This document shows, piece after piece, positions 26,640-36,938 of a stretch of DNA of 64,000 bases. Below the pieces are notes generated by a model. The model worked only from the letters and a program-made list of their open reading frames with translations, made no database searches and was not told the origin of the DNA. A program made the position numbers and the translations under genes. Numbering within the stretch: position 1 is the stretch's first letter; every line of letters starts with the position of its first letter. Source of the stretch: a virus (Duplodnaviria > Heunggongvirae > Uroviricota > Caudoviricetes); the IMG/VR virus record IMGVR_UViG_3300033463_000003; one strand, 5' to 3'.

Positions 26640-27660
26640 TGAAAAATAAGCTGAAAATGGCCAAATTAGGAAAATTAGTTTTTTTGCTAGGTCAAATTTG
26701 GAAAGTTTCATTTTCACCTTATGGCTAATTAGGGAAATTTGGAAATTTAGGTTTTTACATAATGTATATGTAGCTTAACACACTATATAGATCTGAAATT
26801 AGTGAAATTTGGAAAATTTAGAATTTCACTAATTTTTTTATTAAAGCTAATTTGGGAAATTTCATTATGCTACATTTACCTAAAAACTTATCAAATGTAG
26901 TTTAATAAAAAAGCAAACCTGGAATCAGCCAAATTTGCCTAATTTTCGGAATTTCGTAAATTTGCTTATTTTGGGGCTTTTTATTCCTGGTAAGATAAAA
27001 TACCTACTATGTGGCTAAAATGCGATGTGGCTTGTTTTTGGAGCTTTATTTCACGTTTTAACAACATATGTATAATTGCATTTTTACCTTGACCACGAAA
27101 CTGTCCAAATTTGCCCAATTTCGTTTCCATCTTACTTACATTATACTATACAATTTTTTATCTGTAAACTTTTAATAATTTAATAATTTAATGATTTAAT
27201 AATTTATTAAAAAATAGCTAAAAAAACTATTTACAACTATTTACTTTTGTGGTATAATAAAGGTATAATGGGGAGTGTTTTTTTATAAAAAAAACGACTT
27301 TAATAAATTAATAATTTAATGTTTTAATAATTTAATAAACTAATAAATTAATAATTCATTAAAACTACTAAATACTATATTACCTACCAGAACTAAATAA
27401 TTCAATTTTTTTTAGTAATTATAGTTGAACGGAGTTCAACATGCCGTTAGGCATTATTTAGTTATACTTTTCTTTTTATATAATTTTTCTTTTACAAGAA
27501 AAATAAATGATAAAAGCTTTATATATAAAAGCATAGTAATAATAAAGAAGCTTTATATGTGCGCGCGCGTATATATTTTAATGTTTTTAATGTTTTATTA
27601 GAAAAATAATTCAATAAATCATTAAATTATTAAAAAATTAACAATTTTTTAATAATAAAG
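26640..27660. other. Candidate replication origin region
   Basis: Non-coding; phased AAATTT tracts, iterated TTTAATAA units, tandem mini-hairpins at 27424-27454; next to helicase. Confidence 0.5.
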
Positions 27661-27711
27661 GCTGTATAATATTATAGATGAAGTGTTTTAGTTATATTAG
27701 GAGATTTAGAT

Positions 27712-28023
27712 ATGGCGAAAGAATCACAAACAAATCAATGAGTTGCAATTAAATGCCCACATTGCGGTTATGAGTATATTCCAGCAGAGATCTTCTTTCC
27801 AGATCAATTGCTAGGTAATGCAAAAACAGTAATTAAAGATGCATTAGGTAAAATTCTTTATGTGGAATGAAAACCTGATGAAGAACCAGCATTAACAGAA
27901 AAATGGGTTTGCGATAATTGTGGGGAAACATTTAAAGTAACAGCTAGCTTTTCATTTAAAACAGAAAAGGAAGTTGCAGAGTTAGATTTTAAGAACCAAT
28001 CAGTAAGCTTGTTAGATGATTAA
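27712..28023 (+). CDS. Zn-ribbon protein, 103 aa (code 4), absent from track
   Basis: SD AGGAG; CPHCG and CDNCG; TGA at 27739 and 27868. Confidence 0.75.
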
Positions 28024-28059
28024 CACTTACTTTTTTCTTTTTTAGCGAGGTATTAGCAT

Positions 28060-29766
28060 ATGATTAGGGTTCAGGAAACAATACCATTAAAAGTGTCTGG
28101 GTTATCCAGCTTTTTAGTATACTCCCAATACAATCAAGAGCTAATTAATCTGATTAAGTCATTAGATACTGCATACTTCCACAAGAAACTTACTGCTTGG
28201 GAGATTCCAGTAACATCTTTATGCAAATTCCTCGATGCAGCTACATTCCTGGATAATATTGAACTCACTTTACTAGAAGATAGTGAAGTAGCCCCTGGTG
28301 CGCAGCCAAATTTGGTAAATTCCGAAATTTCAAATTTTAGAGTTAAGCCTTTTGAACACCAGATCGATGGAATTAACTTTTTACTACAACATCCTAAAGC
28401 ACTATTACTTGATAGCATGGGTGTTGGAAAGAGTAATCAGATTATTTGAACTGCTGAAACATTACATAGAAGAGGTCTGATCGATCACTGTTTAATTATT
28501 TGTGGTGTTAATAGTGTAAAGCAGAACTGGAAAAAAGAAATTCAGAAATTTAGTACCGAGTCATGTATTGTGATCGGTGAAAAGATGAAGAAGAATGGGG
28601 AGGTATCTGCTACACCACTTTCTATTAGTGAAAGAGTGGAACAATTATCTAGACCTATAGATGAATTCTTCGTGATCATAAATGTTGAGTCACTCCGCGA
28701 TGATCGGATCATAAATGCACTAACTAAGAGCTCAGTGAATAAATTTGGATTGATAGCTGTAGATGAAATACATAGGGTTGCAACAAAGAGTTCCCAACAA
28801 GGAGCCAACTTACTTAAGCTAACATCTGAATTTAAGATCGCTGCTACTGGAACTTTACTAACAAACTCACCGATCTCATGTTATGTTCCATTAGCCTGGA
28901 CTGAAAATGATCATGCAATACTTACTAACTTCAAATCACAATACTGTACATTTGGTGGATTTAACAACTCTCAAGTGATCGGATACAAGAATTTAGATCT
29001 GTTAAAAGAAGAATTAGATAGTTGTAGTATTAGAAGAACTCTTGCCGATGTACGTGATGATATGCCAAAGAAAACTGTTTACACTGAATTAGTAGAACTT
29101 TCTGAGGAACATAGGAAATTTTACGATGCTATTAAAGAAGGTGTAAAAGAAGAGGCTGATAAGATCCAATTAAATTCTTCTAACTTACTTGCACTAACCA
29201 CTAGACTAAGACAAGCAACAGCCTGCCCAGGGATCCTAACTACACAAGATATTATGTCCAGTAAAATAGAAAGATGTGTGGAACTTGTAGAGGATTTAGT
29301 AGAGCAAGGTGAAAAGGTAGTAGTCATGTCCAATTTCAAAGAGCCTCTCTATAAGTTAGCTACATTATTGGAAAAATATAAACCTTTAGTGAATACAGGT
29401 GACTTCCCTGATGAGACGATCAGCCGTAATGTAGACCAGTTCCAGAATGACACTAACACTAAAGTATTCTTAGGAACTCATGCTAGAGTGGGAACCGGAT
29501 TAACATTAAATGCAGCTGCTTACTTAATCTGCTTAGATACACCTTTCACTTACAGTAGTTTTGCACAAAGCTGTGATCGAATTTACAGGGTCAACAATAC
29601 TAGACCAGCATTTATTACTGTACTTGTCGGCAAAGATACGATTGATGAGCGTGTAGCCGAGATCATTGAAACTAAAAAAGACCTTAGTGATTATGTTGTG
29701 GATAACATCGATAATAGCTTAAGTTCACTTAAAGATGAACTTCTACAAATTATTAAAAATCTTTAA
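28060..29766 (+). CDS. SNF2-family helicase/translocase, 568 aa (code 4)
   Basis: PFEHQ, LLDSMGVGKS, DEIH, ATGT, GLTL, QSCDRIYR motifs; TGA 28447 joins two track ORFs. Confidence 0.9.
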
Positions 29767-29824
29767 ATAGTTGTGTACAAAAAATAAAAACTATGGTATA
29801 ATTATAATGTAGGAGGAATAATAC

Positions 29825-30286
29825 ATGAAAAGATTGTATAAAGTAAAAGGCCAAATGATTATTGATGTCGAATGGGAAACATATGCTGAGTCAAAAGATG
29901 ATGCATTATCTAAGTTCTTTGCAGCAGATGCAAGAGATGTTATTGATGATGCACATATTACTGATGTCAATACAGATGAAGAAAGTGCAGAATTAGTTGA
30001 ACCTATCTTCGTTGTCAAAGCATACAATATTGACTATGATGTTACATATGGTGATGTATTTGACCAAGTTGCAGCTAAATATCCAGAAGTCCCAGAAGAT
30101 ACAGATGAATTTGATGATTTAGTTGATGAAGAAATTGCAAAGATTAAAGCATCATTACCACAAGAGCTCACTTTAGAAATTGAATGTGAACGTGATGATT
30201 TAGATGATTATGTTGCTGATACAATTTCTAATGAGACAGACTGGTTAATTAATGGCTGCGATTATGATATCATAGAGGAAAAATAA
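29825..30286 (+). CDS. Acidic hypothetical protein, paralog of 42242
   Basis: Shared LPQELxLExEC...ISxETxWL; own promoter at 29774. Confidence 0.75.
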   Translation: MKRLYKVKGQMIIDVEWETYAESKDDALSKFFAADARDVIDDAHITDVNTDEESAELVEPIFVVKAYNIDYDVTYGDVFDQVAAKYPEVPEDTDEFDDLVDEEIAKIKASLPQELTLEIECERDDLDDYVADTISNETDWLINGCDYDIIEEK

Positions 30287-30861
30287 TGGGAAGAGATACA
30301 TTGAAAGTAATGGGAGCTTCCAACCATTGTGATGAAGAGCGAGCTGCTAACGACTACTATGGCACAAACCCTGAATCAACTAAAGCATTACTTAGGGTAG
30401 AAACATTTGATCATAATATTTGGGAACCAGCTGCCGGGCACCATTTAATTGCTAATGTTCTAAAAGATGCCGGCTATAATGTCAAAACAACAGATTTAGT
30501 TAATTATGGCTTTGGTGATGAACAACTAAACTTCCTTGAATGCCAAGATGTGTTTGATGGTGATATAGTTACAAACCCACCGTACGGAATTTCTACCGAA
30601 TTTGCCATTAAAGCACTAGAGCTAGTAAAACCTAGGCATAAAGTTGCGATGTTCCTTAGAACCCTATTCTTAGAGGGAACAAAACGATATGAAACATTAT
30701 TTAAATTAAACCCGCCTAAAGTTGTTTATGTATTCAGCAATAGACAGGTATCAGATAAGAATGATGACTTCAATAAAGGTTCTGCAGTATCATATAGTTG
30801 GGTAGTCTGGGAAAAAGGATATCAAGGCGACCCAATAATTAAGTGGATAAGTTCCAAATAA
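30286..30861 (+). CDS. DNA amino (N6-adenine-type) methyltransferase
   Basis: IWEPAAG SAM-binding motif and DIVTNPPY catalytic motif. Confidence 0.85.
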   Translation: MGRDTLKVMGASNHCDEERAANDYYGTNPESTKALLRVETFDHNIWEPAAGHHLIANVLKDAGYNVKTTDLVNYGFGDEQLNFLECQDVFDGDIVTNPPYGISTEFAIKALELVKPRHKVAMFLRTLFLEGTKRYETLFKLNPPKVVYVFSNRQVSDKNDDFNKGSAVSYSWVVWEKGYQGDPIIKWISSK

Positions 30862-31001
30862 GGCTAATTTAAAAAGTTAGCTTTTTTTATTTTTTTAATT
30901 TTCCTATTTACATTTACAGTTGTTTGTGTTATAATTATAATGGGGAGTGGTGTGTGTGAAAAAAAAACACACCTTTTATTTTTATTGCTTTGTTTTATTT
31001 T

Positions 31002-31012
31002 TGCTAAATTAT
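31002..31012 (+). promoter_or_regulatory. Putative late promoter TGCTAAATTAT
   Basis: Exact motif 45 bp upstream of ATG 31047. Confidence 0.65.
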
Positions 31013-31046
31013 TTGATAGTCAGTTCTAAAAAGGAGATTAGAATAA

Positions 31047-32714
31047 ATGGCACAAATTGATAAAAAGAAAATTATTGTAGAAAGTGTCGATCCATTTGAT
31101 GCTTTCGATGAAATTCCTGCAGTTGAATCTGAATCACTAGAAGAAGATTTAGAACCAATCGTAGAGGAATTCGAACAAGATACACTTTGGGAAGATGTTG
31201 ATGATGATGTAGTTGTCGATGTTGAAAACCCATTTGTAGTAGAATTTGAACCAGAATTTTTAGAAGTATCTGCTAGTGATTATGATGATGAATATGGTGA
31301 AGAACCACAAGCATCAGAAATTTCAGCAGAAGAACAAGAACAATCTGAAGAACCAATCGCTATTTCAGTAGAAGAAGTTAAAGAGGTTGCTGAAGCTGTT
31401 GCTGAAGAAGTAGTTGCCGAAATCGCACCTGAAGTTCCTGCTGAAGAAGCTGCTGAAGTTATTGAAGATAAAGTAGAAGAAGTTGTCGAAGATAAACTTG
31501 GTGAAGAAAAGGTTCCTGAAGATGAACAACCAGAAGATGTAGCTGATGCAGCTGCAGAATCTGAAGAATCCACTGAAGATAGTGAAGAAAGTTCTGATCA
31601 TGAAGAAGATGATGAATCTGATGATGAAGAATTGGATGAAGCTTTACTTCTTGAAACAACAAAGGGTGTTATAAATAAAAACTTTGACAAATTTATTGTT
31701 TGCCGCTGGAAAGCTAGTGGTTCATTAGATGGTCAAATGGAATTTAAAACAATTCAAGATGCTATGAAGTATGCCCAACAATGGTCAAAGAAATCTGATG
31801 CTGGTGATAAAGGCGCTTCAATATTTGGTGGTGAAATTGATCCAGAAAATAGATTAGTTAAATTTGTTAAGGGTCATAAAGTTGATAATGATTTAAAAGC
31901 TACTGCAAAACAAATGAAAAAAGATGCTAAGGCTGATGCTGGAATGGAAAAAGCTGCTGCTAAAGCTATTGGCGCACAATCCACTGCAGAAGAAGAAGCT
32001 GCTGCTGCGAAAGCATCTGGTGCTACACCAGAACCAGAAGCTAAAGCAGAAGAACCAAAAGTAGAAGAGCCAAAGGCTGATGAACCTGCAACTGAAGAAC
32101 CAAAAGCTGAAGAACCTGCAGCAGAAGAACCAGCTGCTAGTGAAGAAGCCCCAGCAGAAGAAGCACAACCAGAAGCACCTGCAAAGCGTGATATGTCTAA
32201 ACAAAATGCTGCTAAAGAAAATAACAAAAAGATTGTTAATGCATTTAAAGATGCTGGTCTAGATGCTTCAGAATTAATTACTACTGCCACTAATAAGAAT
32301 GGTAAGGAATATAAGAAAGCATCTGATACTCTTCTTAAGCTTAGAAAAGCATTATTTGGTGAAAGCCTTATTCCAGAAGCATTTGAAGATGATGATGTTC
32401 TTGATGAAAGAGCAATGACTGATGTCCCATTCGATTCAGAGGCAAAAATTGGTGATAAAATTAGAATCGTTCACTTAGAAGGCGAAGGTTCTGAATATGA
32501 TGGTAAAGAAGGTACTATTGAAAACATCGATGGTATTGGACAACTTCATGGAACTTGGGGTGGCCTTGCTGTTATCCCAGGTGTTGATGAATTCGAAATT
32601 ATTAATGAAGATTACACTGGCACTCCAGAAGAACGTACTACACACCTAGAATATGTTGATGAAGATCCATGTGATGGTGAAGCAGTATTACCAAAAAATA
32701 TTTCAAAAGAATAA
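31047..32714 (+). CDS. Very acidic low-complexity protein with C-terminal DUF4314-like domain; possible internal head protein
   Basis: E/D/A/P-rich, EEPKA repeats; GTIENIDGIGQLHGTWGGLAVIPGVDEF. Confidence 0.65.
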   Translation: MAQIDKKKIIVESVDPFDAFDEIPAVESESLEEDLEPIVEEFEQDTLWEDVDDDVVVDVENPFVVEFEPEFLEVSASDYDDEYGEEPQASEISAEEQEQSEEPIAISVEEVKEVAEAVAEEVVAEIAPEVPAEEAAEVIEDKVEEVVEDKLGEEKVPEDEQPEDVADAAAESEESTEDSEESSDHEEDDESDDEELDEALLLETTKGVINKNFDKFIVCRWKASGSLDGQMEFKTIQDAMKYAQQWSKKSDAGDKGASIFGGEIDPENRLVKFVKGHKVDNDLKATAKQMKKDAKADAGMEKAAAKAIGAQSTAEEEAAAAKASGATPEPEAKAEEPKVEEPKADEPATEEPKAEEPAAEEPAASEEAPAEEAQPEAPAKRDMSKQNAAKENNKKIVNAFKDAGLDASELITTATNKNGKEYKKASDTLLKLRKALFGESLIPEAFEDDDVLDERAMTDVPFDSEAKIGDKIRIVHLEGEGSEYDGKEGTIENIDGIGQLHGTWGGLAVIPGVDEFEIINEDYTGTPEERTTHLEYVDEDPCDGEAVLPKNISKE

Positions 32715-32718
32715 AAAA

Positions 32719-32808
32719 TTAAAAAATTAGTTGTATAATATAATGTGCTGCGGTTAATGAAACCCCAGCCGTTCATGAAAATAGAACTGTTAATACGATG
32801 ATTAACAA
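32719..32808 (-). CDS. Candidate 29-aa hydrophobic peptide MLIIVLTVLFS[W]TAGVSLTAAHYIIQLIF
   Basis: SD AGAAAGGAGG 8 nt before TTG; one internal TGA; no minus-strand promoter identified. Confidence 0.3.
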
Positions 32809-32897
32809 GTTCGCTTCCTCCTTTCTGTTCCGGTAGATTATTGGTCACCCACCTCCTTATAATTTTCATAAGGTGGCCGCTATCGGAACTTTTTTAT
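32745..32897 (+). ncRNA. Candidate small RNA with two anti-Shine-Dalgarno motifs
   Basis: TGTATAAT at 32732; no + ORF; long 3' hairpin gttccggtag/ctatcggaac plus T-tract. Confidence 0.5.
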
Positions 32898-32959
32898 TTT
32901 TTCTATTTACAAAGAAAAAAATTTATGGTATAATTATTATGAAGGGAGTATTATGAAGT

Positions 32960-33151
32960 ATGAAAAAGAAAAAAATGCATACGGTTCAACCTAAAAAATC
33001 TGAAAAGATTCATATTGTGATTAAACCATCTGATTTGAATGTTCCAAATAAGATGCATTTTAACGTACAATTAAATACTCGTGCTTCAATTCAAGAAGAT
33101 AAAAGATTTAAAAAACCAAAACATAAAAAGAAAGTTTTTGAGGAGGACTAG
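32960..33151 (+). CDS. Small basic protein
   Basis: Promoter at 32906, SD; C-terminal RASIQEDKRFKKPKHK. Confidence 0.65.
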   Translation: MKKKKMHTVQPKKSEKIHIVIKPSDLNVPNKMHFNVQLNTRASIQEDKRFKKPKHKKKVFEED

Positions 33152-33154
33152 AAG

Positions 33155-33571
33155 ATGGTAGAAGATTATAAAGATTTAACATCTGATAACTTAATGGAAA
33201 ATTTAATTGAACGTGTTGCAAAGAAAGAGCATACAAAAGCAGAACTAATTAGAACTCGTGATGGATTAGCAGCTGCTAAAGTATTATCTACTGCACTATT
33301 TAAAATTTCTAAGATGTTCGATAAGCTTGCAAAACAATCATTAGAAAAATACATTGAAGAAATAGATGATACAAGAATGCAACTCAATGCAGTTCAACAA
33401 TTATGCACATATCGTGATTTTCTTGCATGTAAACGATTTTATTTAGTAGAAAAAGGAATAATTGACCGTATAATATATGAGTACAACGTTTATGTAAATT
33501 CTGGACACCTAATCGATTCTATGTTGGGAAACGAAAGGCCAGAAGAAGACTTGTATGATTATACCAAATAA
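33155..33571 (+). CDS. Hypothetical protein
   Basis: SD GAGGAGG; operon spacing. Confidence 0.7.
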   Translation: MVEDYKDLTSDNLMENLIERVAKKEHTKAELIRTRDGLAAAKVLSTALFKISKMFDKLAKQSLEKYIEEIDDTRMQLNAVQQLCTYRDFLACKRFYLVEKGIIDRIIYEYNVYVNSGHLIDSMLGNERPEEDLYDYTK

Positions 33572-33587
33572 TGTAGGAGGTAAATTT

Positions 33588-33800
33588 ATGAAACATTTTG
33601 GTAAAGTATATCCTTATATGGGAAACAAAGCATACACAGAAAGTGGAGCTTATCTTGGTATTGTATCTTATGTTGATACACAAGCAGTATATATTACAAC
33701 ATATGATCAAAAAGAGCTAAAAGCACACTATGCTCCTGCAAAAGAAAGCTGGCAAGTTAAAGAAAAATCAAAGGCTATAAAAGTATTCTTTAGGGGCTAA
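33588..33800 (+). CDS. Hypothetical protein
   Basis: SD AGGAGG before ATG 33588. Confidence 0.65.
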   Translation: MKHFGKVYPYMGNKAYTESGAYLGIVSYVDTQAVYITTYDQKELKAHYAPAKESWQVKEKSKAIKVFFRG

Positions 33801-33913
33801 AAATAATACGCTAAATTAAGTACATCGACCCCATGATGACCTAAAATCACATGGGGTTTTATTTATGTTAAGAGCTAAATTTAATGAGCACAATTGAAAG
33901 GGGTTTATCAAAT

Positions 33914-34096
33914 ATGGAATCAAATAATCGTGAAATTGGCCACGTTTCTTTTTATACCCAATCTGAGGATAAAAAGGATATGAAAAGAGCAGCGGACAGT
34001 AGTTTTTTAGCCGACAATGATGGAATGACTGTAGAGGAGCTTGATGCTATCTTATCGGCACTATACGATACCCAAGATTATGATTTAGATGCTTAA
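33914..34096 (+). CDS. Small acidic hypothetical protein
   Basis: SD GAAAGGGG; upstream of nrdD. Confidence 0.55.
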   Translation: MESNNREIGHVSFYTQSEDKKDMKRAADSSFLADNDGMTVEELDAILSALYDTQDYDLDA

Positions 34097-34119
34097 AAAG
34101 ATAAAAATGAGGAAATTTT

Positions 34120-36279
34120 ATGATAGTAATTAAAAGAGATGGCAAAAAAGTAAATTTTGATGCCTATAAGATTAGAAAAGCGATAGTTGGTGCTAATTCA
34201 AGATCAAATGAAATGTCCGAGGGCGAAATTGATCGAATTACAGAAATCGTAGTGAATAAATGTTTAAAGAATTCAGGTGATCTTAAAGTTGAAGAGATCC
34301 AGGATATTGTAGAAGATACGCTACTAAAAAGTAAATTTAATAAAACAGCTAAAACTTTCATCTTGTATAGGGATAAACGTACTAGAATTCGTCAAAGCAA
34401 GTCAAAGCTTTTAAAAGAAGTTGGTGATAAGCTTCTTGGTGTACATATTGTTAATCAGAATGCTAATGTTGATGAGAGGTCATTTGGAGGCCGTAAAGGT
34501 GAGGCTGATAGTGTTTTAACTAAACAGTATGCTTTGGACTACTGTATGTCCGAAATGGCTCGAAATAACCATTTAAATAACGAAATCTATATTCATGATT
34601 TAGATTCTTATGCTGTTGGTATGCACAACTGTTTATCAATTCCATTTGATAAGCTTTTGGCTGAAGGTTTTAAAACAAGGCAGACTGATGTTAGACCTGC
34701 AGGGTCAATTAATACTGCATTTCAGTTAGTAGCAGTAATATTCCAGCTACAATCGTTACAACAGTTCGGTGGTGTCTCTGCTACACACTTAGATTGGACA
34801 ATGGTACCATATGTACGTAAATCTTTCTATAAACACTATTTAGAAGGTGCTGAGTGATTAGGTGATTCTGAAACTTCCCAAATTTCGAAATCCACACCTA
34901 TTGATGAGTATCCTAGTGGGAAAGTGTATGATTATGCATTAGCTATGACCAAGAAAGAATTGGACCAAGCAGTTGAAGGTATGTATCATAATTTAAATAC
35001 ATTACAATCTAGATCAGGAAACCAATTACCTTTCACTAGTATAAACTATGGAACTTGTACATCTACCGAGGGCCGGATGGTTACCAGATCATTACTTGAA
35101 GGTTCACTAAAAGGTGTTGGTAAACTACATCGTACACCGATCTTCCCATGTGGCATATTCCAGTATATGAAAGGTGTTAATGACAAACCAGGAACACCAA
35201 ACTATGATTTGTATCAATTAGCACTTAAATCTACTGCAAAACGTTTATATCCAAATTATGCTAATGTTGATTGGTCAAACAATGCAGGCTACGATGTTAA
35301 TGATCCGAAAACTTACTTTTCCACTATGGGATGTCGTACTGCTAATGGTGCAGATATCAATGCTGAACCTGGTACAAATCCACAAACCAAAGATGGTAGA
35401 GGAAATATCTGTCCAGTAACTATTATCTTACCTACACTAGTGATGGAAGCTGGAAGAGATATAGAAAAATTCATGGAACTCTTAGATGTTAAGATTCATG
35501 AAGCAAAAGATATGTTGATCGAAAGATATGAGTATATTTGTAGTCAGTGTGCTGATTCTGCTAAATTTATGTATGAAAACGGTACGATGTTGGGCTACAA
35601 ACCAGAAGAAGGAATTCGTAGTGCAATGAAGCACGGAACTCTTGTAATTGGTCAGATCGCTTTAGCAGAAACACTAGAACTCTTAATTGGCAAGAATCAA
35701 TGTACAGCTGAGGGTATGGAACTTGCTAAAAGAATAGAACAATTATTTAAGGATAGATGTGCAGAATTTAAAAAAGAATATCACTTAAACTTTGGTGTTT
35801 ATTATACTCCAGCTGAAAACTTATGCTACACCGCAATGCAAAAGTTTAAGAAACAATATGGGGTCATCCCACATGTATCAGATCGAGAATATTTCACTAA
35901 TAGTATTCATGTACCTGTGTGGGAGGATGTTACAGCCTTTGAAAAGATTGACATCGAATCGCAACTTACTGGATATTCTAATGCTGGCTGTATTACATAC
36001 GTTGAGTTATCTGCAGCTGCAACAGGGAATTTAGAAGCTTTAGAAAGTTTAGTGAATTATGCTATGGATCACGACATTCCGTACTTTGCAGTCAACATTC
36101 CAAATGATACATGTTTAGATTGTGGCTATACCGGTGAATTTAACGACCACTGTCCAGAGTGTGGTAGTGGGCATATTCAGCAGCTACGTAGGGTTACAGG
36201 CTATTTAACTGGAAACTATAAAACTGCATTTAATTATGGAAAGCAAAAAGAAGTAGAAGATAGGGTGAAACATATTTAA
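34120..36279 (+). CDS. nrdD: Anaerobic (class III) ribonucleoside-triphosphate reductase, 719 aa (code 4)
   Basis: ATP cone VIKRDG, IYIHDLD, STMGCRT, TPAENL, CxxC..CxxC, RRVTGYL; TGA 34855 read through. Confidence 0.95.
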
Positions 36280-36938
36280 TGAATAAATTAACATTTACAT
36301 GAAGAGCACAACATATATTTAAATCATTACTTGCCGGTGTGTTAATTGCCTTAGCCGGAGGAACATACCTTTCATGCAGTAGTGTAGTTAGTGATCCAAA
36401 CTTATATAGGATTGTTGGATCATTCCTATTTTCTATTGGTCTGATAGCTGTGCTTGCATTAGATGCTAACTTATTCACTGGAAAAGTTGGTTATATTGAT
36501 TCCTGGCATAAATTCGGATTAGCCTGCGCATGTTTGGTATATAATTTACTAGTGGCATTCTTTATTGGGATGTTATATAGAGGAATTCATAATAGTGCAG
36601 CGATAGGTCCTTTTGCTCCAGAAAGTGCTAGGATGATGAAAACTTGGTATCAGATGTTTGCAGATAGCTTCGGTTGTGGTGCATTAATTTACTTGGCAGT
36701 AGAATTATATAAGAAAACAAAAAGCTTTATTCCTGTCATCATCTGTGTCATGGCATTTATACTTAGCGGCACCGAACACTGTATTGCTGACGCTTTTTAC
36801 CTAGGAGCATCACATTTATCCTGGAAAGCTGTTGGATACTTGGGGTTAGCAATTCTTGGAAATTCGCTTGGTGCTTGTGGTGTACATTGGCTACAAAGAG
36901 GGGCTGAATTCTTAAATGAATTACCTACTAATAGATAA
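36279..36938 (+). CDS. Formate/nitrite transporter (FNT) family channel, 219 aa (code 4)
   Basis: SLLAGVLIA, LFTG, FILSGTEHCIAD, LGNSLGA motifs; multiple TM segments; TGA 36300. Confidence 0.85.

Noticed and set aside
31280-32290. Minus-strand and alternate-frame ORFs here and elsewhere (e.g. 6761-7096, 18396-18857, 25797-26243)
   Set aside because: Shadows of repetitive or biased + strand genes; no RBS or promoter support
32745-32897. tRNA (e.g. UCA suppressor) or rRNA fragment
   Set aside because: No cloverleaf or T-loop consensus; the match to 16S is limited to about 10-nt anti-SD words
28447-34857. Introns/inteins or selenocysteine splitting helicase and nrdD
   Set aside because: Each gap is one in-frame TGA with ordinary coding sequence on both sides; positions are not catalytic Cys sites
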